DNA from: Planctomycetota bacterium
Lineage (GTDB): Bacteria > Planctomycetota > B15-G4
NCBI GenBank assembly: GCA_965248575.1
Contig: CBDFJQ010000002.1
Span: 1,056,001-1,120,000 of the forward strand
Length of the DNA stretch: 64,000 nucleotides
Direction of reading: 5' to 3'
Numbering within the stretch: the first letter of the stretch is position 1; each line of letters begins with the position of its first letter. The position numbers and the translations under genes were made by a program. Positions 38,772 through 47,482 of the stretch are shown in pieces. Under the pieces are notes generated by a model. It was not told where the DNA came from and searched no databases. It was given only the letters and a program-made list of their open reading frames with translations.

Positions 38772-40651
38772 TTCGCAAACTTCCCAAGGAAGTCGTCGAC
38801 CGCATCGCAGCAGGAGAGGTGGTCGAGCGGCCCGCCGCGGTGGTCAAGGAGCTCGTCGAGAACGCCCTCGATGCCAGGGCCACGTCCATCGATGTCAGTA
38901 TCGAGAATGGAGGGCTGGGGCTGATTCGCGTGGCTGACAACGGCACCGGTATCGATGCTGACGATCTCCCCGTCGCTTTTGCCTCCCACGCCACGTCCAA
39001 ACTCGTCGATGTCGATGACCTGTTCCACGTCGTGAGCTTCGGTTTCCGGGGAGAAGCCCTGAGCTCGATGGCGGCCGTCTCCCGCGCCAGGATCACGTCT
39101 GCAGCCGACGACAGCGGCGGCGGCTACCGGCTCGACTGCACGGCGGGGGAGCTGGGCCGCCTCGAAGCCGTGCCCAGCGCCCACGGCACGGTGGTGGAGA
39201 TCCGCGACCTGTTCCACAACACCCCGGCACGGCGCCAGTTCCTGGGCGCGATCCGGACCGAGGCGGCCAAGTGTCGCGAAGTGTGCACGTCCCTGTCGCT
39301 GGTCAACCCCGGCATCCGCTTCAGCTTCACGACCGATGGAAAGTTGCGGTTCAGTGCCGACGGTTCGCTCGAGCTGGGTGACCGCGTGCGAGCGGTCTAC
39401 GGCCGAGACTTCTCGGAGTCCATGATCGATCTCTCCGGCAGTGAGCCGGGACTGCAGGTGGAAGGCCAACTCAGCCTGCCCGCCGCCGCACGACACCGCG
39501 CACGCACGCAACTGCTGTTCGTGAACGGACGCCTCGTCAAGGACAGGGGCGTGCTGTCCGCCGTGCGGGTCGCCTGCCGCGACTTCATTCCACCCAACTT
39601 GAACGCCTCGTGGGTCCTGTTCCTGACGATCGATCCGGAACGTCTGGACGTCAACGTCCATCCGACAAAGGCCGAGGTCCGCTTCCGCGACAAGGACGCC
39701 ATCTTCCGCCTCGTGCGACGCGCCTGCCGGGATGCCTTGCTCCAGTCCGATCTCGCACCGCGCATTCGCGCTGAGCACCTGGATGGGGCCAAGGGTTCTG
39801 GTGCGGGAGAGCAGAGTCCCGCGGCCCTGTTTGGTGCCCCCGGCACGGCCAACCCTCCGTCAAATCCATCTGAGCGAGCCTCGCCGCTGCACGGAACGTC
39901 GCACTCGACTTTCGCGCGTCCGGCTGCTCTCCATCCCGCGTCGGACAGCGGGTCGCCCCCCACGTCAGCCAACGGAGACCGCACCTCGCCTGAGCCACCG
40001 GGCGTGCCCTGGTCGCAAGAGGCGGAAGATTCGGTTGAGGTGGTGTCCGAAGCTCACCCCTTGTTGATGAGCGGCGTCAGCCATTCAGCCCGCTTCCTGC
40101 AGGTGCTCGACACCTACCTCGTGCACGACTCGCCTGACGGCTTGGTGTTGGTGGACCAGCACGCGCTGCACGAACGCATCCTCTATGCACGCCTCCAGGA
40201 CGACCTCGCCGCGGGCCGCATGGAACGCCAGGGGTTGTTGGTTCCGCAGCCGGTCCACCTCACGCCCGAACTGCACGCACTCAGCCTGGAGAAGGCCGAC
40301 GAGCTCAAGCACTTCGGCCTCGAGATCGAGGACTTCGGCCAGGACACCCTCGTGGTGCGCGCTGTCCCGACCGTCCTGAGGAATGAACGCCTCGAAGACC
40401 TGGTGGTAGCCCTCGTCGCTCCGCCCGACGTTCATGGGGGCGTGCCGCACGGCTTGGACCGCCGACTCTTCACCATGGCGTGCCACGCCGCCGTGAAGGC
40501 CGGCGACCCGTTGAAGGAAGAGGAGATCGCTGCCTTGTTGGAGCAGGGTGCCGCCCTGGAACACGACTCCACCTGCCCTCACGGCAGACCCACGCGCCTG
40601 ATGATCGGCCGCACGGAATTGGAGCGCCTGTTCAAACGCTCCGGCTTCTAG
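38768..40651 (+). CDS. mutL: DNA mismatch repair endonuclease
   Basis: IAAGEVVERP..VKELVENALDA, DNG.G, HATSK, GFRGEAL, DVNVHPTK; endonuclease motifs DQHALHER, ACH, CPHGRP; clamp motif QGLLVP. Confidence 0.97.
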   Translation: MIRKLPKEVVDRIAAGEVVERPAAVVKELVENALDARATSIDVSIENGGLGLIRVADNGTGIDADDLPVAFASHATSKLVDVDDLFHVVSFGFRGEALSSMAAVSRARITSAADDSGGGYRLDCTAGELGRLEAVPSAHGTVVEIRDLFHNTPARRQFLGAIRTEAAKCREVCTSLSLVNPGIRFSFTTDGKLRFSADGSLELGDRVRAVYGRDFSESMIDLSGSEPGLQVEGQLSLPAAARHRARTQLLFVNGRLVKDRGVLSAVRVACRDFIPPNLNASWVLFLTIDPERLDVNVHPTKAEVRFRDKDAIFRLVRRACRDALLQSDLAPRIRAEHLDGAKGSGAGEQSPAALFGAPGTANPPSNPSERASPLHGTSHSTFARPAALHPASDSGSPPTSANGDRTSPEPPGVPWSQEAEDSVEVVSEAHPLLMSGVSHSARFLQVLDTYLVHDSPDGLVLVDQHALHERILYARLQDDLAAGRMERQGLLVPQPVHLTPELHALSLEKADELKHFGLEIEDFGQDTLVVRAVPTVLRNERLEDLVVALVAPPDVHGGVPHGLDRRLFTMACHAAVKAGDPLKEEEIAALLEQGAALEHDSTCPHGRPTRLMIGRTELERLFKRSGF

Positions 40652-40660
40652 CTGCGGCGG

Positions 40661-41770
40661 TCACTTCGGGACAGCGAACATGCTCTCATCGACTTCCGGA
40701 TAGAGGTCCAGCTCCAGGTCGCCGCCGTCCTCGTCCGGAATGATGTTCAACGTGATCAAGGGAACGGAGTCACCGTCCTGGAAGACGGCCGTGTAGGCCG
40801 GGACCTTGAGGCCCGAGGTGCTGGGGAGGTGGAAGCGGAAACGGAGCTCCAGCTCCCGGGCATCGCTGCGACCCAAGGTCCGGACCCGGAAGGCCCACAA
40901 CGCTCCTGTCTCCACATCGATGGCGAGGCCCACCTGGAGCTCGGGAGCCGGCGGCGGGGGGCTGCCGAGGCTGGGTGGAGGGCCCAGCTCCGACTCGAAG
41001 AGTTCGTCTTCCACCCGCCCGACGACCCACTGGACGTCGCGCAGCTCCCGCCCATAGCGATCGATGGACACCTTACTGGCAGGGCCATCCAGCGCCAGGC
41101 CCGCCAACTTCTGCGAGAGCGCATCCACCACGAAAGCGTCCAGCATGACGGGCATCAAGCGCAGCTGATCGCGCACCTGCTCAAGATCCACCTCGAAGGT
41201 GAGCGGGTCATCGCTGTAGACCACCACCTTCTGGGTGCTGTTGTCCCGGAACCAGGTCCGGGAGCCGTCGAAACCGACCGTCGAATTCGAGTTCACCACT
41301 TCGTCTTCACGGGTGGTGAGCATGCGCTCCGGGGCACGCAGATAGACTCGCTCGACCCAAGCACCCACCGTGAGGCCGTCCTGGGGATTGACCACTTGCA
41401 CTCGAAAGCGCCCCGCAAGACCTGTCGGTGCAGAAAGCGGGATCTGGCCTCGCTGGAACTCCGCCGCCCGCTGCAGAAGCGCCCTGGCAGCGACCTCTCC
41501 CATGCTGACTTGGGGTGTGTCCTGCGCAGATGGCTCCGGTGCGGGGGGGGCCGGTGCCGAGGGTTCCGGCGCCACGGATTCCGCTGCCAGGGGCTCCTGG
41601 GCGACAGAAGCCACCTCGGCCGCTGGCTCGGAGACGGGCAACGCCTCGGCCTGGGCCAGCACCGAATCCGTGGTGCTTTGCGGTGAGACTGTCTCAGCGA
41701 CGGGCACAGCGCTACAGTGAGCGGCAAGCGGTGCGAAGAGTGCGATCAAGGTTGCAGAGAGATTTTTCAT
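40661..41770 (-). CDS. Exported/lipoprotein with Pro/Ala/Glu-rich linker and probable LolA-like beta-sheet domain
   Basis: MKNLSATLIALFAPLAAHC; GFDGSRTW, IDVETG, GLKVP, terminal D.SMF..P typical of LolA-like folds. Confidence 0.55.
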   Translation of the reverse strand: MKNLSATLIALFAPLAAHCSAVPVAETVSPQSTTDSVLAQAEALPVSEPAAEVASVAQEPLAAESVAPEPSAPAPPAPEPSAQDTPQVSMGEVAARALLQRAAEFQRGQIPLSAPTGLAGRFRVQVVNPQDGLTVGAWVERVYLRAPERMLTTREDEVVNSNSTVGFDGSRTWFRDNSTQKVVVYSDDPLTFEVDLEQVRDQLRLMPVMLDAFVVDALSQKLAGLALDGPASKVSIDRYGRELRDVQWVVGRVEDELFESELGPPPSLGSPPPPAPELQVGLAIDVETGALWAFRVRTLGRSDARELELRFRFHLPSTSGLKVPAYTAVFQDGDSVPLITLNIIPDEDGGDLELDLYPEVDESMFAVPK

Positions 41771-41771
41771 C

Positions 41772-43577
41772 GTGCTCGACACGGTAGAAGCGGATTCGGC
41801 CCAGGTCCATGCTGCGCATGCGGAGCCATGGGTTCCCCACAGGTCTGCCCTGTGGCCTCTTTGCCTGCTCATCCTCTCGGCGCTGCTGCCCTTTGCCGCG
41901 ACGAGGGGCTACGGCCACGTCCACGATGACCATGAGCTGCGAGGCAGCCAGAGCCTGGCCACGGACCCACGGGCGGATCTCGACGACCTGTGGGGGGCCG
42001 ACTTCTTCGGCACCTACGAGCAACCACAGGGGCAGACGGGATTCTGGCGCCCGCTCGTCATCCTGAGCTTCCGGCTCGAGGCGGTCCTGGCCGGGGGCTC
42101 TTCTCAGGCATACCTGTGGCTGGGCCATGTGTTGACGATCCTGTGCCACCTCGCGGCGACCCTGGCCCTCTGGCGACTGCTGCTCGCGTTGGGTGTGCAT
42201 GGTTCGGTGGCCGTCCTCGCCGCAGCGCTCTTTGGCTTGGCGCCCGTCCACGTGGAGAACGTGACCTGGACCTCCGGCAGGGTGGACAGCCTGCCCACCG
42301 CCTTGGCCTGGGGGGCCACGGCCCTCTGGTTGCGAGCGGGGGGCAGGGGGCTGCCTGCCCTGGCTGCCCTGCTGCTCTTCAGCCTTGCGCCCCTGGGAAA
42401 AGAAACCGTCGTGTTGCTCATCGCCCTGGCCCCCTTGGCGGGCCGACTGATGGGGCTCAGTTGGGGGCGGAGCCTGGCGGTACCTTGCGCAGCGCTGGTG
42501 GCGACCGCAGTCATCCGGGGCCTGTCCTTCGGCTTCGCCCATGAGATTCCGGACGTGGCCTACACGGGGCCTGCCTCCGAACTCGCACGCTGGGCGACGT
42601 GGCTTTCCATCCAACCAGACCTCTTGCGCTTCATGTTCTGGCCCGGACCCGCAACGCCCCTACACCCCGTGTTGGCAGCAGAAGGTCTCCTGCAGCGCGA
42701 CGTCCTGACCGGTGCGCTGCTGCTCGGCTTGTTGTGTGTCCTGGGTGCCTGGTTCGTGCGCCGACGAGCGGCGGCCAGCAGCTATGTGCTGGGCGTGGCG
42801 CTCGGGACGCTGCTGATGCTGGCACCTTGGGTCCGCTTCCCCATGGGCTTCCCAGAAGTCGCGGGCCCACTCTATGAACGCTACCTGTACGTCGCCGTGG
42901 CGGCACCGGCGCTCCTGTTGGCTCAGCTCCTGGGCCGGCTCGTGGGGTCGTCCATCTGGCGCTTGAGCGCGACGATGCTCGCGCTGCTCGTCGCTCTGGC
43001 TCCCCTCACAGCCGACCGAGCGAGAGCTTGGGAGTCCGACGTGAGCTTCGCCCGCGCCGGGCTGGCCGTTGCTCCCGGTTCGGCCAACCTCTGGTCGCAT
43101 CTCGGCACCGCGCTCATGGAGCAGTACCGCGAGCGCCAGCAAACAGCGGGAAGGCAGCCGCAGGGATCGGAACGACAAGTGGCCGACCAGCAGCTCGCGT
43201 CTCTTGCGCAGGAAGCCGTGGTGTCCTTCGACCGGGCACTGACCCTCGACCCACAACTGACGCGCGCGGGGGTGAACCGATTCATCACCCTGGTTCTCAT
43301 GGGGCGGCAGGAGGAGGCCGCGGGGCAGGCCACCGCCCTGCTCTCGCGCTTCCCTGACGATCCGCTCGTGCTGCACAACCTGGGGGCCTGGCATGAAGCA
43401 GAAGGCCGGCTCTTGGAAGCCGCTGTGCTCTTCGAGCAGGAGCTGCTCACGGATGACCCGCACCCGTTGGCGGCACAACGTCTGGCGGCGCTGCAGGCGA
43501 TCCTCTTGCCTGACTCGCCTGACCAGGCTGCCTCGCCCGTCTTGCCCGCCTCGCCCGAAGCAGACGGCAAGAAGTGA
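41772..43577 (+). CDS. TMTC-like GT-C membrane glycosyltransferase with C-terminal TPR
   Basis: HDD acidic loop, DFFG, WRPL, H..T.L.H, LFGLAPVHVENV.W.SGR, KE, ERYLY, then TPR-like helices. Start uncertain. Confidence 0.78.
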   Translation: MLDTVEADSAQVHAAHAEPWVPHRSALWPLCLLILSALLPFAATRGYGHVHDDHELRGSQSLATDPRADLDDLWGADFFGTYEQPQGQTGFWRPLVILSFRLEAVLAGGSSQAYLWLGHVLTILCHLAATLALWRLLLALGVHGSVAVLAAALFGLAPVHVENVTWTSGRVDSLPTALAWGATALWLRAGGRGLPALAALLLFSLAPLGKETVVLLIALAPLAGRLMGLSWGRSLAVPCAALVATAVIRGLSFGFAHEIPDVAYTGPASELARWATWLSIQPDLLRFMFWPGPATPLHPVLAAEGLLQRDVLTGALLLGLLCVLGAWFVRRRAAASSYVLGVALGTLLMLAPWVRFPMGFPEVAGPLYERYLYVAVAAPALLLAQLLGRLVGSSIWRLSATMLALLVALAPLTADRARAWESDVSFARAGLAVAPGSANLWSHLGTALMEQYRERQQTAGRQPQGSERQVADQQLASLAQEAVVSFDRALTLDPQLTRAGVNRFITLVLMGRQEEAAGQATALLSRFPDDPLVLHNLGAWHEAEGRLLEAAVLFEQELLTDDPHPLAAQRLAALQAILLPDSPDQAASPVLPASPEADGKK

Positions 43578-43665
43578 TGGTGCCGAAGGGGGGACTCGAA
43601 CCCCCACTGGGTTAACCCCAACTAGACCCTGAATCTAGCGCGTCTACCAATTCCGCCACTTCGGC
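43578..43665 (-). tRNA. tRNA-Leu(CAG)
   Basis: GCCGAAGTGGCGGAATTGGTAGACGCG-CTAGA-TTCAGGG-TCTAG, long variable arm, GTTCGAGTCCC..TTCGGCACCA. Confidence 0.95.
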
Positions 43666-43746
43666 ACGAAGAGGGGACGGCGGATTGTCCACGCGGCGGC
43701 TGAGCTTGCAAGCCTCGCTCTTGCCCAACTTGCACGGGACCGGAGA

Positions 43747-44226
43747 ATGGCCGCCATGGCCCGCAAAGCGAACTCCCAACGACGAAGCGTTTGCGTCAAC
43801 CGACGCGCTCGCCACAACTACGATGTGCTGCAAACCTTCGAGGCCGGTCTGATCCTGAAGGGGTCGGAGGTCAAGGCGCTGCGGGAGGGCAAGGGGAACC
43901 TCGTGGACGCCTACGTCTCGCTGCGGGGCGAGCGCCCCGTCCTGCACAACATGGAGATTTCGCCCTACAGCTGCGACAGCTCGGCCAGGGACGGGGACAC
44001 GAAGCGTAGCCGTGGGCTGTTGCTCAAGGCGGTCGAGATCCGGCGCCTGAAGCAGACCATGCGCGAAAAGGGACTGGCCCTGGTTCCGCTGGAAATCTAC
44101 TTCCAGGGCCCCTGGGCCAAGGCTGAGGTGGGGGTCTGCCGCGGCCGCCGACAGGCCGACAAGCGCGAGAAGCTCAAGAGCCGGGAAGCCCAGCGGGACG
44201 TCGATCGAGCGCTGCGCAAGCGCTAG
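43747..44226 (+). CDS. smpB: SsrA-binding protein
   Basis: NRRARHNY, EAGLILKGSEVKALR, R.LLL, LVPLEIYF, DKRE. Alternative start at 43756. Confidence 0.96.
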   Translation: MAAMARKANSQRRSVCVNRRARHNYDVLQTFEAGLILKGSEVKALREGKGNLVDAYVSLRGERPVLHNMEISPYSCDSSARDGDTKRSRGLLLKAVEIRRLKQTMREKGLALVPLEIYFQGPWAKAEVGVCRGRRQADKREKLKSREAQRDVDRALRKR

Positions 44227-44256
44227 CTTTGCTACCATCCCGACGCTGGACCGACG

Positions 44257-44616
44257 GGGGGCGACTCGGTTTCGACCAAGTGGCTTACTTCATCGGGTGG
44301 CGTGCCGAGGTGCCCAGGAGGCCTCGTAAAACCCCTGGGAAAACATAGCTGGCAACAACAGCTACCAACTGGCTGCCTAGAAATAGGCAACCCGTTCCCG
44401 GGGCGGGAGCCTGCCGCGTTTCGGGAACGTCACTTGCAGGCTGGCTGAGCGCCCTCCCGTCCGTGGGGTTCTCGGCGAGATTCAGCGGACTGGCCGCGTG
44501 GACGATCCCGTCGATCGGAGAGCCACAAGGCGACTTCAGAAGAAGGTCGACTACGCACGTAGATGCTCGGTGAAGGGCGCTTTGGGACGCGGGTTCGATT
44601 CCCGCCGCCTCCACCA
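44257..44616 (+). ncRNA. ssrA: tmRNA; tag (A)GNNSYQLAA at 44351-44380
   Basis: 5' GGGGGCGA..TTCGAC; 3' GGACGCGGGTTCGATTCCCGCCGCCTCCACCA with G3-U alanine identity; tag ORF ending LAA-TAG; follows smpB; TGcTACCAT extended -10 upstream. Confidence 0.96.
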
Positions 44617-44758
44617 TCCAGCCAGAGACAGCCCGGCCGGGAGCCGACATGGCTCGTGGCCTATGCAAGCGGGTTCAGCCTTTGCTGGCTTGAAGGCTCG
44701 GTCATCCCCGCGATAATCCGTCGGTCTGCTGTTCGCCCAGCCCCCCTTCGTCTTCCAC

Positions 44759-45634
44759 ATGCCCCTCCGCACGCTCCGCCGCACCTGCTTCGCCGCTGGC
44801 GTGGCGTTGAGCCTCGGTCTCGTGGCCTGCGAGAGTCCTGCGGAACACCGGCGAGCGATCGAGATCATCGACGGGCGCTGGACCGCCGAGCTGCCGGAGG
44901 GCTCACTCGCCGAGATGACGGAGCACATCCGCAGTCTGGGCAAGCTGTCGCCGGGCCATCCCTCTGCTCTCAGCGCCCTGCCCCTGTTGACTCGCCAGGC
45001 GTACGAAAGCGAGTCGGCTTGGGTTCGCGCCGAGGCCCTGCGCGCCGCGTGGTCCCTGGCAAAGAACATCCCTGCCGAAGAACTCAAGGTGGATGACGTG
45101 CCGGCAGCCGAGTTCAATGAGTGGATGCGGCGCTTCGAGGAACTCGACGAAGACCCCTTGTTGAACCAGGGGCAGGAGATCCAGGAGCTGGCCCAACGCA
45201 TCGCCAGCTTCCGCTTCTCGACCCAGCAAATGAGCTACGCCATCGACCTCGCCGGCGTCACCACCGTGCGCGGCTTCGAACGGCAGGAGGGGCCGGTGCA
45301 GGCCGTCTTTGCCGAGCAGGCTCCCGCGGCCTGTCGCCATGCGCTGGCGCTCATCACCTTGCGCGCAGGTGACGACTCGAGCCCCTTTGTCAGGGAGGAG
45401 TCCCTGCGCGCCACGCGTCATCTCCCGCGACGGGTCGCCCTGACGCGCCTGGCTTCGAGCTTGAACAGCGAAACCGAGACCGCCGTCTTGCTTGCGCTTC
45501 TGGATAGCATGGAGGCCCTGGCACCCCAGCTGGGCCTCGAGCCGCTCCAGGAGCTGCTGGACTATGCGGTGCGCTCCAGCCACGCCGCCGTGCGGCGACG
45601 TGCGACGTCGCTTCTGGAGCAGATGAAGCCATGA
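44759..45634 (+). CDS. Lipoprotein with HEAT-like helical repeats
   Basis: Lipobox GLVAC; VRAEALRA, VREESLRA, VRRRATSLL repeats. Confidence 0.65.
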   Translation: MPLRTLRRTCFAAGVALSLGLVACESPAEHRRAIEIIDGRWTAELPEGSLAEMTEHIRSLGKLSPGHPSALSALPLLTRQAYESESAWVRAEALRAAWSLAKNIPAEELKVDDVPAAEFNEWMRRFEELDEDPLLNQGQEIQELAQRIASFRFSTQQMSYAIDLAGVTTVRGFERQEGPVQAVFAEQAPAACRHALALITLRAGDDSSPFVREESLRATRHLPRRVALTRLASSLNSETETAVLLALLDSMEALAPQLGLEPLQELLDYAVRSSHAAVRRRATSLLEQMKP

Positions 45635-46185
45635 AGATCGTCTTTGTCGACAGACCGCTGGCCTACGACGGCCTCCAGCTCTGCACGGGCTTCATGGATA
45701 CGCACGCCCCCTGCGACGGAGACTCCCTGGTGGCCTTCATGGGCCTGGCCGACGTGCCATCCGAGCATATGGTGGATCTTGAGGACGCCGACGCGGGCCT
45801 CTCCATCTACAGCCCGCTCATGACCCACATGCTCATCGAGCACCGGGGGATGTCCTTGCGAGAGGGAGTGTTGGCCCAGCGCCTCCTGGTGCGTCATGCG
45901 GCCGAGTGGACGGCGGCCCGATCCGGGGCCACTATTGAGGTGCGCGGAGATGACCTCTACGTGCTCGAAGGCAAGCTTTCCGTGTCCATTGCCACCACAT
46001 CACCGCGAGGCGTCCTCATCCATTTCGGAGTCAATGTCGACACGGATGGGGCCCCCGTGAAGGCCCATGGCCTGCGTGATCTGCGGGTGGCTCCCGAGGA
46101 ATTCCTGCGCGGCGTCGCCCGGGCCTATGAGCGGGAGATGGACTCCATTTCCCACGCCGTAGGAAAGGTCAGGCCCGTCACGTGA
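45631..46185 (+). CDS. DUF366-family protein (BPL/LplA/LipB-like fold)
   Basis: YDG.QL, GDS.VAF.G..DV..EHMVDLED, M.H..IEH, QRLL, GDDLY..GKLSVSIAT, HFGVNV, terminal KVRP. Confidence 0.8.
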   Translation: MKIVFVDRPLAYDGLQLCTGFMDTHAPCDGDSLVAFMGLADVPSEHMVDLEDADAGLSIYSPLMTHMLIEHRGMSLREGVLAQRLLVRHAAEWTAARSGATIEVRGDDLYVLEGKLSVSIATTSPRGVLIHFGVNVDTDGAPVKAHGLRDLRVAPEEFLRGVARAYEREMDSISHAVGKVRPVT

Positions 46186-47276
46186 AGCGCTCCCATGTCT
46201 TCACGATTCTCAAGCTGCTGGTCGCCGTCAGCCTGATCGCCTTCGTGATCCACACGGCTGGCTGGGAAAACATCCAGGCCGCGCTCACCAACATCGACCG
46301 CTCGGGCTGGGCCAAGGGTCTGGTGCTCGTGCTCATCGCCAACTGCCTGGCCATGCTGCGCTGGCATGTGCTGATGCATTCGGTGGGGCTCAACACCACC
46401 GCAGGCACCGCCATGCGGCTCGGTTTCATCGGCGTCTTCTTCAACAACGTGGTGCCCGGCCTGACGGGGGGTGACCTGGTCAAGGCGATCTACGTCACCC
46501 GTGAGAATCCGAGCCAACGGGCCTCCGCCGTCATCTCCGTGGCGGTGGACCGCATCATCGGCATCGTCGCCTTGGCCCTGATTGCGGCCGTGGTCATTCC
46601 CTTCGATCTCGAGCTCTACGGAGAGGCGGCCATCGGCATCTACGGCTTCCTGGCTGCGGCGGGCCTGGGTGCCGTCTTCACCCTCTCGCGTCGGGCCAAG
46701 AAGCTGCTCAAGAGCCTGCTTGGGCGCGGTGGGGGCTCCCGGGGAAAGTTGGCCGGCGTCGTGCACAAGTTCGACGAAGCCGTCTCGATGTACCGGGACC
46801 GCCTGGGCACGGTGGCCTTGGCCCTGGCCATGTCCTTCGGCGTCCACCTGTTGATCATCTTCGCGCTGTTCCTGTTCGGAAACGCCATCGCCTCCGGTGG
46901 CCTGGAGGCGCTCGAGGCCCACCCCGAACAGTTCGTCGGGGGTAACGACCCGGCGGCCATCGCCGTGGAGCAGGCCAACCTCCACACCTTGGCGGACGTC
47001 AGCGCCAGCGCCTACTGCTCCATCATCCCCATCATCATGATCATCTCCGCCGTGCCGGTGGCCCCGGCCGGTTGGGGGGTTGGGGAAGCCATGTTCGCCT
47101 ACTTCTTCGAAGCCGTGTCCGTGGCCAATTCGCACGCCCTGGCGCTGTCGTTCACCTACCGCATCACGGTGCTGTTGGTGTCCTTCATTGGCGGAATCAT
47201 GCTCGTCCTGGACCGCAAGCGCGTGATGGAGGCCTCCTCCAATCCCGCCGCCTCGGAGACCAGCCCGAGCTCCTGA
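46182..47276 (+). CDS. UPF0104/LPG-synthase-TM (flippase-like) membrane protein
   Basis: LRWHVL, FNNVVPG..GGDLVK, SV.VDRI, P..PAGWGVGE, YRI. Confidence 0.85.
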   Translation: MKRSHVFTILKLLVAVSLIAFVIHTAGWENIQAALTNIDRSGWAKGLVLVLIANCLAMLRWHVLMHSVGLNTTAGTAMRLGFIGVFFNNVVPGLTGGDLVKAIYVTRENPSQRASAVISVAVDRIIGIVALALIAAVVIPFDLELYGEAAIGIYGFLAAAGLGAVFTLSRRAKKLLKSLLGRGGGSRGKLAGVVHKFDEAVSMYRDRLGTVALALAMSFGVHLLIIFALFLFGNAIASGGLEALEAHPEQFVGGNDPAAIAVEQANLHTLADVSASAYCSIIPIIMIISAVPVAPAGWGVGEAMFAYFFEAVSVANSHALALSFTYRITVLLVSFIGGIMLVLDRKRVMEASSNPAASETSPSS

Positions 47277-47482
47277 GCGGGCGCCGGTAACGGCGGGATC
47301 CCGACTGCGTCGGGAGGGCTCAGCGTGCCGAGGCAGGGAATTCCTGGGAATTCCCCTTCGGCCGGAATCAGCCCCATGTTAAGCAGGTGTTAGGTATGAC
47401 CCAAACGACACAACAGCCGCCCAAGGGCCTCGGCACGAGCCCCCTCGGACGCGCGAACAAAGCACCCAAGGAGATTCAGAGC

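Noticed and set aside
43578..44760. tRNA-Leu and tmRNA as integration sites for an island (also tRNA-Val and tRNA-Leu(CAA))
   Set aside because: No integrase, no duplicated 3' fragment seen, and the flanks are ordinary genes
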